From contig NC_087251.1 of NCBI RefSeq assembly GCF_037042905.1, forward strand, positions 49,539,358 to 49,603,357: a DNA stretch of 64,000 nucleotides, written 5' to 3'. The notes beneath the pieces were generated by a model that had not been told where the DNA came from, did not search any database, and worked only from the letters and a program-made list of their open reading frames with translations. Below are positions 63,524 through 64,000 of this stretch, one piece after another; the stretch's first letter is position 1, and each line of letters begins with the position of its first letter. Source of the stretch: Lytechinus pictus. Lineage: Eukaryota. A program made the translations under genes and the position numbers.

Positions 63524-64000
63524 ATAGCAGTAGTAGTAGTAGTAGTGAAAACAGTTATATGCATGTCATCATGAATATTCATTAGATTGGCTGGTGATGT
63601 CACATCCCCACTTTCCTTTTTCTTATGTTGTTACATGAAATCATAATTGTTTCATTTTTTTCCACACGTGTGAATATGTCTCCCTTGTAATAAAATAAGT
63701 TGCAGCAATGAATGTCTAATGCACTTAATCAGTTGTTATTCCAATATTTTTGGTTCTTGAAGGAAATATTTGAATAAACCTAATTTCATATGGTAAAATA
63801 CAAAAGAACGAGTGGAGATAATTATGACATCAGTTTGGTCATTGAATATTCATGAAGATATGCCAAGAACTGTTTCACCATAATAATGCAAATCTTCAAA
63901 ATGCCATAACTTTGTTATTCCTTGTCCGATTTTGATCAAATTTCCAGTATTTTGTTTGATTTTTCTTAATCTCTTCAAATCACATTATTTTCAGCCTGGA
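62725..64000. mobile_element. Kolobok/T2-like MITE family B with an internal insert (~62860-63546), cut by the window end
   Basis: TTAA|AGGGATGCTCCGGGCTGAAA start; 63547-64000 is colinear with 495-950. Confidence 0.8.
63451..63546. repeat. (AGT)n microsatellite
   Basis: Direct reading. Confidence 0.95.

Overview
Eukaryotic, AT-rich and very repeat-dense genomic DNA, most likely a sea urchin. The evidence is a late-type histone H2B N-terminus and the sea-urchin CAAGAAAGA histone downstream element; the species cannot be fixed from sequence alone. Two host genes are present. (1) A solitary, intronless, replication-dependent histone H2B at 6467-6838 (+), with octamer, TATA, 3' stem-loop and U7-binding element. 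(2) A complete 9-exon MEMO1 gene (+, CDS 15199-57790, 888 nt, 295 aa), assembled by hand from GT-AG exons with matching phases. The rest is mostly layered transposon debris: a Gmr1-type Ty3/gypsy element with integrase before RT, a Penelope-like element ending in a minimal hammerhead ribozyme, CR1/L2 and L1/Tx1 LINE fragments, tRNA-derived SINEs, Helentron-associated-like elements with ~150-bp tandem arrays, and Kolobok-, hAT-, piggyBac- and Harbinger-like MITEs. The most unusual signals are a fully pairing 72-nt tRNA-like gene with a UCA (opal-reading) anticodon inside a ~300-bp cassette flanked by (TA)n, a possible internal bidirectional promoter and alternative first exon of MEMO1, and a recursive-splice-type AG|GTAAG at MEMO1 exon 7. 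All calls were made by eye; TE family names are pattern-based and boundaries of degraded elements are approximate.
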